32,000 bases of DNA, taken from Actinotalea sp. (GTDB lineage: Bacteria > Actinomycetota > Actinomycetes > Actinomycetales > Cellulomonadaceae). Below are positions 1 through 9,991 of the stretch, piece by piece. Made by a program: the position numbers and the translations under genes. Location: the NCBI RefSeq assembly GCF_041597215.1, contig NZ_JBFHHB010000001.1:1-32000 (forward strand), in the 5' to 3' direction. The notes under the pieces are model-generated. The model did not search any database. It had not been told where the DNA came from and saw only the letters and a program-made list of their open reading frames with translations. Each line of letters opens with the position of its first letter. The stretch's first letter is position 1.

Positions 1-38
1 CCCCGCCCGCGGAGGGGTCCTGCACGGCGTGCACGGCA

Positions 39-962
39 CTAGGCGGGCTGTCCGAGCGGACTGCCCGGGGTGAGCGTCCGCGATCGCCACAGGTGCGCGC
101 AGAGCACCGCCCCACCGGCGGCGAGCAGCCCCAGCCAGACCAGCCGCGGCCCGGGGGCCACTCCGTCGACCAGTCCCTGCAACCCCGCGGTGACCAGCGC
201 GGCCAGCACGAGGACCGCCGTGACGTCGACGGCCTGCGCGCGGGCCAGCGCGGCGAACCAGGTGGCGACGTAGCCCGCGAGGATCAGCCCCGTGAGCAGC
301 ACCCACGCCCACTGGGTCGCGTTCGCGGGGACGACCGCAGCGAGCCCACCCCGGACGGCGGCCCAGCCGAGCAGGACGACCGAGCCCACCCCCATCCGCA
401 CCACGCCGAGCGTCCACGACGACAGGTCCCCCAGCAGCCGCTTCGCGAGGACCACCTCGACGGACCACATCAGGGTCGCCGCGAGGATCATCAGCTCGCC
501 GGAGCCGATCGCTGCGGTGACCCCGCCGACCAGACCGACCTGCCCCACCACGAGGAGCACGATGGCGACCCCGTGCGCCGCGCTGAGCCGCTCACCGAGC
601 AGAGGCACGGCGAGCACGGCCACCCAGATGACGAGCGTCTTGTGCAGGAAGGCCGACTGCGCCGACGACGCCCGCGCGAGCCCCTCGAAGAAGAGCAGGA
701 AGGGGACGCTCCCGCCGACGACGCCGATCACGGCGAGAGCCGTCCACTGACGTGCCCCGCGCGGACGGGTCAGGCGACGACGAGGTCCGGCTGCCGTGAC
801 CACCGCGATCAGCACCAGCGCGGCGACGAGGTTCTTCGCCGTCGTGTACGCCGAGGCGTCGCCGTAGGCGCGCACGCCGTTGCCGTTGAGGAAGACCGCG
901 ACCCCGCTGATCCCGGCGGTGGCCAGGGCGAGCAGCAGTCCGGTCCGTCGGGTCGTGGTCAT
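39..962 (-). CDS. DMT/EamA-family membrane transporter
   Basis: The 307-aa ORF is almost entirely hydrophobic, with about 10 helix-length segments in two repeated halves, as is typical of EamA proteins. Its ATG (962-960) overlaps the hypC stop (961-959) as ATGA. Confidence 0.8.
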   Translation of the reverse strand: MTTTRRTGLLLALATAGISGVAVFLNGNGVRAYGDASAYTTAKNLVAALVLIAVVTAAGPRRRLTRPRGARQWTALAVIGVVGGSVPFLLFFEGLARASSAQSAFLHKTLVIWVAVLAVPLLGERLSAAHGVAIVLLVVGQVGLVGGVTAAIGSGELMILAATLMWSVEVVLAKRLLGDLSSWTLGVVRMGVGSVVLLGWAAVRGGLAAVVPANATQWAWVLLTGLILAGYVATWFAALARAQAVDVTAVLVLAALVTAGLQGLVDGVAPGPRLVWLGLLAAGGAVLCAHLWRSRTLTPGSPLGQPA

Positions 963-1189
963 CGCGGCACCTGTCTCGTCTCGTCGTCACCGCGCAGGCC
1001 TCGTGCCGTCGCGGCCTCCTCCGGCTCCAGCCGGGCGAGGGCGAACCCCGCGTGCACCAGCAGCCACTGGCCCACCTCGGGCGTCGCGTCCAGGGTGAGG
1101 GCGCTGACCCGGACCGTCCGCCCGCGGTCATCGGCCCAGAGCCCCTCGGCGTCCACGGCCGTGACCTGGACCAGCTCACCCAGGCACAC
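959..1189 (-). CDS. hypC: [NiFe]-hydrogenase assembly chaperone HypC/HupF
   Basis: The 76-aa ORF starts MCLGELVQV; Met-Cys2 is the hallmark of HypC. The size is right and it sits directly downstream of the hydrogenase endopeptidase. Confidence 0.85.
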   Translation of the reverse strand: MCLGELVQVTAVDAEGLWADDRGRTVRVSALTLDATPEVGQWLLVHAGFALARLEPEEAATARGLRGDDETRQVPR

Positions 1190-1802
1190 GGTCGCCCCCA
1201 GGTCCGCCGTCCTGCTGTGCCATGCCGACCGCCGGGGTCCTCGTCCGCTTCGCCACGGCCACGCGGGCCCCGGACGGGGCGGCGTTCTGCGCGCGCGGTG
1301 GCAGGGTGCAGCTCGCCGCCAGCGGAGCCTGTGCCGCAGAGGTGCGGGTCACGGCGACGACCTCCGACTGGATCTGGTGGAGGGCTCGATGGACCTCGCG
1401 CGAGAGTCCTGGCCGGTGGTCGGTGACGGCGACCTCGACGCCCACGACGACGAGCCGGTCGGGGAGCCGACCGAGGGCTCGCCCCAGCTCGATCGCCGCC
1501 GCGAGCCCGAAGGCGTGGGTCCCGCCCCGGCCGGTCCTGGCCCAGGCCTTGTCGGCCACCGGCCCGGCCCGCGGCCCGACCTCCATGGTCACGATCGTGC
1601 CGGGCGGCGCACCCGTGCGGATCGCGTCCACGACGACCACGCCGTCGTAGGCGAGCCACAGGTCGAGCAGCCCGGTCGGGTCCTCGTGGACGAGGACGTC
1701 GACACCGTCCATCCCGAGTCCGGCGATCCCCGCGGCGACCACCGGGCCGACGGCGTCGTCGCCCCGGTCGGCGTTACCGAGTCCCACCACGAGCCACGTC
1801 AT
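1176..1802 (-). CDS. hydrogenase maturation endopeptidase (HyaD/HoxW/HycI family)
   Basis: [19 protein letters not shown]... matches the GxGNxxxxDDxxG N-terminus of this family, followed by HAFGLAAAIELG. The start was chosen inside the 536-aa track ORF at ATG 1802-1800, which overlaps the hyhL stop (1801-1799) as ATGA. At 208 aa it carries a low-complexity C-terminal tail of about 55 aa. Confidence 0.85.
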   Translation of the reverse strand: MTWLVVGLGNADRGDDAVGPVVAAGIAGLGMDGVDVLVHEDPTGLLDLWLAYDGVVVVDAIRTGAPPGTIVTMEVGPRAGPVADKAWARTGRGGTHAFGLAAAIELGRALGRLPDRLVVVGVEVAVTDHRPGLSREVHRALHQIQSEVVAVTRTSAAQAPLAASCTLPPRAQNAAPSGARVAVAKRTRTPAVGMAQQDGGPGGDRVPG

Positions 1803-3106
1803 GATCGCTCCACCGTCAGGTCCAGGAAGTGCGTGGCGCAGGAGATGCAGGGGTCGTAGTTGCGGATCGCCTCCTCGCAGCGGTGCGAGAGGTCGTGGTC
1901 GGAGAGCCGCACCCACGCCTCCGCGAGCTCGCGCAGGTCTGCCTCGATGCTCGGCTGGTTCTGGGACGTCGGCGGGACGATCTGCGCGTCGAGGATCGTG
2001 CCCGCCTCGTCCAGCGTGTAGCGGTGGAACAGGACCCCGCGCGGGGCCTCGGTCGCCCCGAAGCCCTCGCCGGCCCTTGCCGGCACCGGGACCGAGGGCG
2101 GCACGCCGTCGCGCCAGCCGTCGATGATCCGCAGCGCCTCGTGCAGCACCTCGACGAGCTCGACGGCCCGGACGATGATCGACCGGAACGGGTTGCGACA
2201 GGTGGTGCCGAGCCCCGCCTCCGCTGCCGCCTGCTGGGCGAGCGGCGAGAGCCGGTCGTGGTTGAGGGTGTACCGCGCGAGCGGTCCGACGACGTAGGGC
2301 CCTTCCCCGTCGAGGGTGGCGTGCAGCGCGTTGGAGTGGGCCACGTGGTGCTCGGTGATGTGCTGCGGCCACTCGCGCACGTCCCAGTCGCCGCCGGCCG
2401 TGGTGACCACGCGTCCGGCCTCGATCGGGTAGCCGCTCGCGGGACGGAGGGACAGGTAGGTGTAGGGCTGCTGCATCTCCGGGAAGTCGAAGGTCGAGAC
2501 CAGGCGCACCGTCTCCAGCGCGTCCTCGAGCCCCTGCTCCAGCGCCGGGCGCAGGCCGCGCAGCTCGGCGACGGAGGGCATCCGGTAGAAGCCTCCGAGC
2601 CGCACGTTGATCGGGTGCACCGAACGCCCGCCGACGAGGGTCATCAGCTGGTTGCCGACCTTCTTGAGCCGCAGCCCGCGCTCGACGACCGGTCCGTGGT
2701 CCTTGGCCATCTCGATCGCCCCGGGATAGCCGAGGAAGTCGGGGGCGTGCAGCAGGTAGACGTGCAGGGCGTGGCTCTCGATCCACTCGCCGCAGTACAG
2801 CAGCCGGCGCATGGTGCCGATCGCCTCCGGCACGCTCACCCCGCAGACGTCCTCGAGCGCCATGCAGGCGGAGAACTGGTAGGCCACCGGGCAGATCCCG
2901 CAGATCCGCGCGGTGATGTCCGGCGGCTCGGTCCAGGCCCGGCCCCGCAGGAAGGCCTCGTAGAAGCGCGGCGGCTCGAAGATCCGCAGCTCGACCTGGG
3001 TCACGTGCCCGTCGTGGATCTCGAGATGCATCCCGCCCTCGCCCTCGACCCGGGCGAGGGTCCCGACGTGCAGCACCTGCCCGCCGTCGGTCAGCTTGTG
3101 GCTCAT
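1799..3106 (-). CDS. hyhL: [NiFe]-hydrogenase large (alpha) subunit, group 3b type
   Basis: 435 aa starting from MSHKLTDGG. It has the N-terminal Ni-binding motif [10 protein letters not shown] and the C-terminal motif DPCISCATH, followed by a 9-aa extension (FLDLTVERS) that would serve as the protease substrate. The track ORF (694 aa) is over-extended at the N-terminus. The ATG (3106-3104) overlaps the hyhS stop as ATGA. Confidence 0.92.
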   Translation of the reverse strand: MSHKLTDGGQVLHVGTLARVEGEGGMHLEIHDGHVTQVELRIFEPPRFYEAFLRGRAWTEPPDITARICGICPVAYQFSACMALEDVCGVSVPEAIGTMRRLLYCGEWIESHALHVYLLHAPDFLGYPGAIEMAKDHGPVVERGLRLKKVGNQLMTLVGGRSVHPINVRLGGFYRMPSVAELRGLRPALEQGLEDALETVRLVSTFDFPEMQQPYTYLSLRPASGYPIEAGRVVTTAGGDWDVREWPQHITEHHVAHSNALHATLDGEGPYVVGPLARYTLNHDRLSPLAQQAAAEAGLGTTCRNPFRSIIVRAVELVEVLHEALRIIDGWRDGVPPSVPVPARAGEGFGATEAPRGVLFHRYTLDEAGTILDAQIVPPTSQNQPSIEADLRELAEAWVRLSDHDLSHRCEEAIRNYDPCISCATHFLDLTVERS

Positions 3107-3924
3107 GGCCCCTCCCCCTCGGCGGTCGGCGCGAGCGCGTGCTCCTGCCGTTCGCTCTCCTGGCGGAACGGCTCGGACGCCGCGTTGAACGTCCGGTAGA
3201 TCCGCATGACGTCCTCGTGCGCCATCCCCTGGGCGAGCAGGCGGTCGGCGAGGGAGGAGGTGTTGGGCGTGTCCTGCGGGCCGAAGCAGCCGTAGCAGCC
3301 CCGGGCGAACAGCGGGCACAGCGCTCCGCAGCCGGCCTGGGTGACCGGTCCGAGGCACGGCGTGCCGTGCGCGACCGCGACGCACACCACGCCCTTGCGC
3401 TTGCACTCCACGCAGACGCTGTAGGTCGGCACGCGCGGACGGCGGCCCTGGATCGAGGCGGCGAGCACCTCGAGGAGCTGGTTCTTGTCGATCGGGCAGC
3501 CCCTGAGCTCGAAGTCGACGCTCACGTGCGCGGAGATCGGGGTCGACCGGGACAGCGTGGACAGGTACTCGGGGTGCGCGTAGACGATCGACCGGAACTC
3601 GGCCACGTCGCCGAAGTTGCGCAGGGCCTGGATGCCGCCACTCGTCGCGCAGGCACCGATGGTCACCACGAGCCTCGACATCTCCCGGATCCGCCCGATC
3701 CGCTCGATCTCCTCCGGGGTGGTCACCGACCCCTCCACGAGGGAGACGTCGTAGGGCCCCTCGACGACCGCCCGCGTGGCCTCGGGGAAGTAGGCGATGG
3801 TGACCGCCCCGGCGAGCGCCATCAGCTCGTCCTCGCAGTTGAGCAGGGTGAGCTGGCAGCCGTCGCAGGACGCGAACTTCCACACCGCGAGGGTCGGCTT
3901 CCCGTGGGCGGCGCTCGTGTACAT
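3103..3924 (-). CDS. hyhS: [NiFe]-hydrogenase small (delta) subunit, Fe-S cluster protein
   Basis: 273 aa starting from [24 protein letters not shown]. Cys motifs include [20 protein letters not shown] and [16 protein letters not shown]...CYGCFGP, as in NAD(P)-linked hydrogenase small subunits. The ATG (3924-3922) shares one nucleotide with the hyhG TGA (TGATG). Confidence 0.9.
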   Translation of the reverse strand: MYTSAAHGKPTLAVWKFASCDGCQLTLLNCEDELMALAGAVTIAYFPEATRAVVEGPYDVSLVEGSVTTPEEIERIGRIREMSRLVVTIGACATSGGIQALRNFGDVAEFRSIVYAHPEYLSTLSRSTPISAHVSVDFELRGCPIDKNQLLEVLAASIQGRRPRVPTYSVCVECKRKGVVCVAVAHGTPCLGPVTQAGCGALCPLFARGCYGCFGPQDTPNTSSLADRLLAQGMAHEDVMRIYRTFNAASEPFRQESERQEHALAPTAEGEGP

Positions 3925-4784
3925 CACAGCTCCCGGGTGGCGAGAAGGGGGGCCAGCCGGTCGTAGCCGAGCACCGGCCCGTCGACGCAGAGGAACAGCT
4001 CGCGCAGCTGGCAGTGGCCGCACAGCCCGATCCCGCACTTCATGTTGCGCTCCATGGACAGGCGCACCCGGTGGGCGGGGACACCGCGGGCCACCAGGGC
4101 CTGGGCGGCCGGCCGCATCATCGTCTCGGGGCCGCAGACCAGGGCCAGGGTCGCGTGCGGGTCGAACCCGGCGCGGGGCACCAGCTGGGTGACGTACCCG
4201 ACCTTTCCCTGCCAGGCGTGCTGCCCGTTGTCGACGGTGACCTCCACGACGATCCCGTGGTCCCTCGCCCACCGGCGCAGGTCGTCGCCGAAGAGGATGT
4301 CCTCGGGGGTCCGCGCCCCGTAGAGGAGGACGACGCGGCCGTACCGCTCACGCTCGGCGACCACCTGGAGCAGGGCGGGGCGCAGCGGCGGGAGCCCGAG
4401 GCCACCCGCGACGAAGACGATGTCGCCCCCTGCCCCGTCGGTCACGTCCCAGGTCGTGCCGAACGGTCCGCGCACCCCGAGGACGGCCCCGACCGGCGCG
4501 GCGACCAGGGCGTGCGTGACCGACCCGACGTCCCGGATGGTGTGCTCCAGCGGACCCGGCCGGGTCGGGTCCCCGCTGATCGAGATCGGCACCTCCCCGA
4601 TGCCGAACGCGTCGAGCATCGTGAACTGGCCGGGTCGGTAGACGAGCATCGGCCCGTCCAACGGCTCCAGCTCGAGGGTGAACACGTCGCGGGTGTCCTG
4701 GCGCGTGCGCCTGATCCGGTAGCGACTCGGCAGCATCGCGTCCGTCGGGGGCGCCGCAGGCGCAGGGGCGTGGGCCAGGCTCAT
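3924..4784 (-). CDS. hyhG: hydrogenase gamma subunit: FAD/NAD(P)-binding oxidoreductase with C-terminal 2Fe-2S (PyrK/AsrB-like)
   Basis: 286 aa with the ferredoxin-reductase fold motifs RPGQFTML and [12 protein letters not shown], and a C-terminal [10 protein letters not shown] cluster motif. A GGAGGAG RBS lies between the hyhB stop and this ATG. Confidence 0.88.
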   Translation of the reverse strand: MSLAHAPAPAAPPTDAMLPSRYRIRRTRQDTRDVFTLELEPLDGPMLVYRPGQFTMLDAFGIGEVPISISGDPTRPGPLEHTIRDVGSVTHALVAAPVGAVLGVRGPFGTTWDVTDGAGGDIVFVAGGLGLPPLRPALLQVVAERERYGRVVLLYGARTPEDILFGDDLRRWARDHGIVVEVTVDNGQHAWQGKVGYVTQLVPRAGFDPHATLALVCGPETMMRPAAQALVARGVPAHRVRLSMERNMKCGIGLCGHCQLRELFLCVDGPVLGYDRLAPLLATREL

Positions 4785-4794
4785 CCGCTCCTCC

Positions 4795-5919
4795 TCACCT
4801 CGTCGCGGGCTGCGGCGTCCACCGCAACGCCGCGGCCTCCACGGTGATGTCGATCGCCGCCGGGCACCAGGTGATGCACCGTCCGCAGCCGACGCAGCCG
4901 GACATGCCGAACTGGTCCTCCCAGGAGGCGAGCTTGTGCGTGAGCCACTGGCGGTACCGCGAGCGCGTCTCCTGCCGCACGCTCCCGCCGTGGATGTAGG
5001 CGAAGTCCTGCGAGAAGCACGAGTCCCACACCCGATGGCGCTCGGCGACGTCCCCGGAGAGGTCGGCGACGTCCTCGACCGAGGTGCAGAAGCAGGTGGG
5101 GCAGACCATCGTGCAGTTCGTGCAGGCCAGGCACCTCGCGGCGACGTCGTCCCAGCGGGGGCTCTCGGCCGCGGCGTAGAGCACCTCGCGCAGCCCGTCG
5201 GTCTCCACGGTTCGTCCCATCCGGCCCGTGGCGTCCTCGACCACTGCGGCGGCTGCCTCGAGGTCCGCCACCGTCGCGGGCGGGGCCGCGAGGTCCGCGA
5301 GCACCTCCGCCCCGCGCGCCGAGCCGACCTCGACCACGAAGCGGTGCCCGCCGTCGAGGAGCTCGGTCAGGGCGAGGTCGAAGCCGCCCTCCGGGTGCGG
5401 GCCACCCCCCATCGACACGCAGAAGCAGGTGCCACCCGGGTCGGAGCAGGTGATCGCGACCAGGAAGGCACCCTCAAGGCGTGCGACGTAGCGGGCGTCG
5501 GCGAACTGCCGGCCCGCGAGAACCGTGTCGTGCACGGCCAGGGCCCGCAGGTCGCAGGGACGGACCCCGACGAAGGCGTAGGGACCCCCCTCGGACGGAG
5601 TCGCCTCGTGCACCTCGAGCTCGGTGCCGGTGCGCCGGCCCCGCCAGATGACCTCCTCCGTGGGGAAGAGCACGGGCTTGACCGCCTGGGCCGGGGCAGC
5701 GAAACCGAACAGGGCGTCGTCCCCGCGGTCACGGAGCCGGTACAGCGCCGCGTCCTGCTCGTCCCCGACACCGTGCGGAAGGTCGTCGACAGAGGACACC
5801 GGCGCCATCACCACCGCGCCCTCGCGCACGCGCGGACCGATCACCTGGTAGCCGCGCGCACTCAACACGTCCAGGAGCCTCTGGAGCCCCTCGAGGCCGA
5901 TGACCGTCTCGTCCGCCAT
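4795..5919 (-). CDS. hyhB: hydrogenase beta subunit: 4Fe-4S dicluster protein (AsrA/sulfhydrogenase beta-like)
   Basis: 374 aa with ferredoxin-type motifs [16 protein letters not shown] and [12 protein letters not shown]. It is the first gene of the operon and is preceded by GGGAGG-N6-ATG. Confidence 0.88.
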   Translation of the reverse strand: MADETVIGLEGLQRLLDVLSARGYQVIGPRVREGAVVMAPVSSVDDLPHGVGDEQDAALYRLRDRGDDALFGFAAPAQAVKPVLFPTEEVIWRGRRTGTELEVHEATPSEGGPYAFVGVRPCDLRALAVHDTVLAGRQFADARYVARLEGAFLVAITCSDPGGTCFCVSMGGGPHPEGGFDLALTELLDGGHRFVVEVGSARGAEVLADLAAPPATVADLEAAAAVVEDATGRMGRTVETDGLREVLYAAAESPRWDDVAARCLACTNCTMVCPTCFCTSVEDVADLSGDVAERHRVWDSCFSQDFAYIHGGSVRQETRSRYRQWLTHKLASWEDQFGMSGCVGCGRCITWCPAAIDITVEAAALRWTPQPATR

Positions 5920-5974
5920 TGGACGCCTCCCGTGTCACTTTCCACGCTCGCCCCGGGTCCGGGCCCCCACCAGG

Positions 5975-5984
5975 GACCTAGGTC
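5975..5984. promoter_or_regulatory. perfect 10-bp palindrome GACCTAGGTC (context caGGGACCTAGGTCATgg); candidate DosR/DevR-like operator upstream of hyhB
   Basis: The palindrome was read directly from the sequence, and its centre lies about 60 nt upstream of the hyhB ATG. The left flank extends it to the GGGAC half-site. Assigning a regulator is inference. Confidence 0.35.
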
Positions 5985-6043
5985 ATGGGTGGGTGGAGGG
6001 CAGGACCGCAGGGCGGACCGGGGTGCCGTCCCGCTGACCACAG

Positions 6044-6059
6044 GCCGTCCACGGACGGC
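6044..6059 (-). terminator. weak hairpin GCCGTC-CACG-GACGGC downstream of the 2-hydroxyacid dehydrogenase gene
   Basis: 6-bp GC stem with a tetraloop, 19-34 nt past the stop at 6078. There is no U-tract. Confidence 0.3.
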
Positions 6060-6077
6060 GGACCTCGCGTCGGGAGG

Positions 6078-7037
6078 TCAGACGACGACGTTCCTCGGCA
6101 CCCCGGAGAGGAAGGCCTCCACGTTGCCGACGGCGCCCTCGGCCATCCGGGCGAGGGCCGCGGGAGTCCTGAACCCGAGGTGCGGGGTCAGGACGGTCCC
6201 CGGCACGGTGAGCAGCGGGTCGTCGGGGCGCAAGGGCTCGGGGTCGAACACGTCGAGGGCCGCCCGGACGTCACCCCTGGCCAGGCGGGCCGCCAGGGCG
6301 CCCGGCTCGAGGATCTCGCCCCGAGCCGTGTTGACCAGGATCGAGCCGGGTCGCAGCAGGTCGAGCTCCGCGGTGGTGATCATCCCCCTGGTCTCGTCGG
6401 TGAGCGGCAGGTGCACGCTGACGACGTCGGCGTCGAAGGCCTGCGCCCAGCCGAGCGGTTCGACCCCGGCGGCGGCCATGGCCTGCGGGTCGGTCACCTT
6501 GTCCCAGGCGCCGACCCGCATCCCGAGGGCGACGCCGAGCCGCGCGACGACCCGCCCGATCCCCCCGAAGCCCAGCACCGCGAGCCGTGACCCGGCCAGC
6601 TCCCGACCCGACCACCCGGCCCACTGCCCCGCGCGCACGGCGCGGTCACCTGCCGGTACGTCGCGGGCCGCGGCGAGCATGAGGGCGAGGGTGAGCTCGG
6701 CCACCGCCTGGTCGCCGTAGTGCGTCACGTTCGTCACCGTGACGCCGAGCTCCCGGGCCAGGTCGAGGTTCACGTACGACGCGGCGCCCGTCCCGGTGAA
6801 GGAGACCAGGCGGAGCCGACCGGCTGCGGCGAGCAGCGCCTCGTCCGGCAGGTGCGTGGCGAGCAGGACGACGTCCGCCCCGGCCACCCGACGCACCAGC
6901 TCGGCCTCGTCGGGGACGTCGGGGGCGAGCCCGACCTCGCCGATCGCCGCCAGGCGGGAGCGCAGGGGTTCGGCGGCGAACAGCTCGGTGAAGTCGCCCT
7001 CGGCACTGGGACAGACGATCCGTGGTCTCACGGGCAC
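6078..7037 (-). CDS. D-isomer-specific 2-hydroxyacid dehydrogenase family, NAD-binding
   Basis: 319 aa with GFGGIGRVVA (GxGxxG), NTARG and a VLTPHLG signature, as in the PGDH/GyaR-like family. The start is GTG. Confidence 0.88.
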   Translation of the reverse strand: MPVRPRIVCPSAEGDFTELFAAEPLRSRLAAIGEVGLAPDVPDEAELVRRVAGADVVLLATHLPDEALLAAAGRLRLVSFTGTGAASYVNLDLARELGVTVTNVTHYGDQAVAELTLALMLAAARDVPAGDRAVRAGQWAGWSGRELAGSRLAVLGFGGIGRVVARLGVALGMRVGAWDKVTDPQAMAAAGVEPLGWAQAFDADVVSVHLPLTDETRGMITTAELDLLRPGSILVNTARGEILEPGALAARLARGDVRAALDVFDPEPLRPDDPLLTVPGTVLTPHLGFRTPAALARMAEGAVGNVEAFLSGVPRNVVV

Positions 7038-7110
7038 CGACCGTAGTCCGACCGTGTGTCCTGCGTGTCACGCGACCAGGGCCGGCCGCGCCGGTGCCCC
7101 GCGCCCCCCG

Positions 7111-8127
7111 TCAGGACGCGGCGTCGAGCGCGGCCAGCAGGTCCGCGGCCGGCACCGTCCCCGCACCGCGGCCCGCCGCGAGCGCCTGGCGGGCCCTGCG
7201 CTGGAGCAGGGCGTTGACCGGGGTCGCCACGCCGTGCAGCGCCCCGAGGAGCACGATCTCGCCGTTGAGCCAGTCGGTCTCGATCGACCCGGATCCTCGC
7301 TGGAGCGACTGCCACGAGGACCCGCCGCCGCGCGTCCGTCCGGGGGCTGCGCGCATCTCGAAGCCCGCGAGCCCGCTGTCCTGCTCCTCAGGCGAGGCGG
7401 GCCGCACGCCCGCGGCGGCGAGCACCTCCCGACCCTCCTCGACGGCCAGCGCAGCGAGCTCGCGCCATGCCTCGTCGCGTTCGGTGCCGCACAGGGCCTC
7501 GACCGCGTTGGCCAGGTTGCTCAGCAGCTTCGCCCACTTCCAGGCCATGACGTCCTCGACGACCGGCGCCCGGAACCCGGCGGACGTGAGATCGGCTGCG
7601 ATCGCCCTCGCGTCGCTCCTGGCCGTGGTGCTCCCCGTGACGGCCGGACCGATCGGCAGCACACCTGCGACGGGCGTCCCGATCGCCTGCACCTTCCCCG
7701 GCTCGAGGTAGGTCGACGGGAGCCAGACGCACATCCCCAGCACCCGGGAGAAGCGCCGCAGCGCCGCCCGCTCGTTGTCGACGCCGTTCTGGGCGCAGAC
7801 CAGGACGAGGTCCTCGGCCGCGGTCCCGCCTCCGTCCACGGGGCGGTCGGCCCAGTCGGCGAGGGCTGCGGCGGTGTCCTGGCTCTTGACCGCGAGGACG
7901 AGCACGTCGTCACGGCGCAGGGCGAGCTCCTGCGGGCCGGCGGCAACCGGCGGCCGCACCTGGTGGACACCCCGGTGGGTCCACACCTCCAGCCCGTCGG
8001 CCCTGATCGCCTCGAGCTGGCGCCCACGAGCGACGAGCACGACCTCGTGCCCGTCGGCCGCGAGCAGCCCGCCGATCGTCCCGCCGACGGCACCTGTCCC
8101 GATGATCACGTATCGCACGGGGACCAC
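7111..8127 (-). CDS. ketopantoate reductase (ApbA/PanE) family oxidoreductase
   Basis: The N-terminal VIIGTGAVGGTIGG Rossmann motif and overall length fit the 2-dehydropantoate 2-reductase family. The start could instead be the GTG at 8118. Confidence 0.8.
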   Translation of the reverse strand: MVPVRYVIIGTGAVGGTIGGLLAADGHEVVLVARGRQLEAIRADGLEVWTHRGVHQVRPPVAAGPQELALRRDDVLVLAVKSQDTAAALADWADRPVDGGGTAAEDLVLVCAQNGVDNERAALRRFSRVLGMCVWLPSTYLEPGKVQAIGTPVAGVLPIGPAVTGSTTARSDARAIAADLTSAGFRAPVVEDVMAWKWAKLLSNLANAVEALCGTERDEAWRELAALAVEEGREVLAAAGVRPASPEEQDSGLAGFEMRAAPGRTRGGGSSWQSLQRGSGSIETDWLNGEIVLLGALHGVATPVNALLQRRARQALAAGRGAGTVPAADLLAALDAAS

Positions 8128-8161
8128 CGTGCCACACCGTCCTGCCGCACCGGGCAGCGCA

Positions 8162-8189
8162 CGGGGCCCCGGCCGCGACCGGGGCCCCG
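8162..8189 (-). terminator. strong hairpin downstream of pgi: 11-bp stem CGGGGCCCCGG / CCGGGGCCCCG with a 6-nt loop
   Basis: Perfectly complementary arms at 8162-8172 and 8179-8189, read from the sequence, 24 nt past the pgi stop. There is no U-tract, which is common for actinobacterial terminators. Confidence 0.55.
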
Positions 8190-8212
8190 AGGGCTGTCGT
8201 GCGGGTGGGCGA

Positions 8213-9910
<1,698 letters not shown>

Positions 9911-9991
9911 AGGTCCTCCAAGGTTCTCGTGGTCCACCGTAGTGATCGTCGGACGGGGGCAGTACCGGACCCCGACCGGGACCCGTGCCCG

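Noticed and set aside
5987-6022. Runs of G (GGGTGGGTGGAGGGCAGG...GGGCGGACCGGGG) upstream of hyhB that could form a G-quadruplex.
   Set aside because: Such G-runs are frequent in DNA of this GC content. I have no basis to distinguish this one from background without a genome-wide G4 scan.
7038-7045. A TACGGT hexamer just upstream of the 2-hydroxyacid dehydrogenase GTG, considered as another leaderless promoter.
   Set aside because: The spacer to the annotated GTG is only 2 nt, and 8 nt to the next in-frame GTG. This does not fit the N5-N7 geometry seen at the other nine genes.
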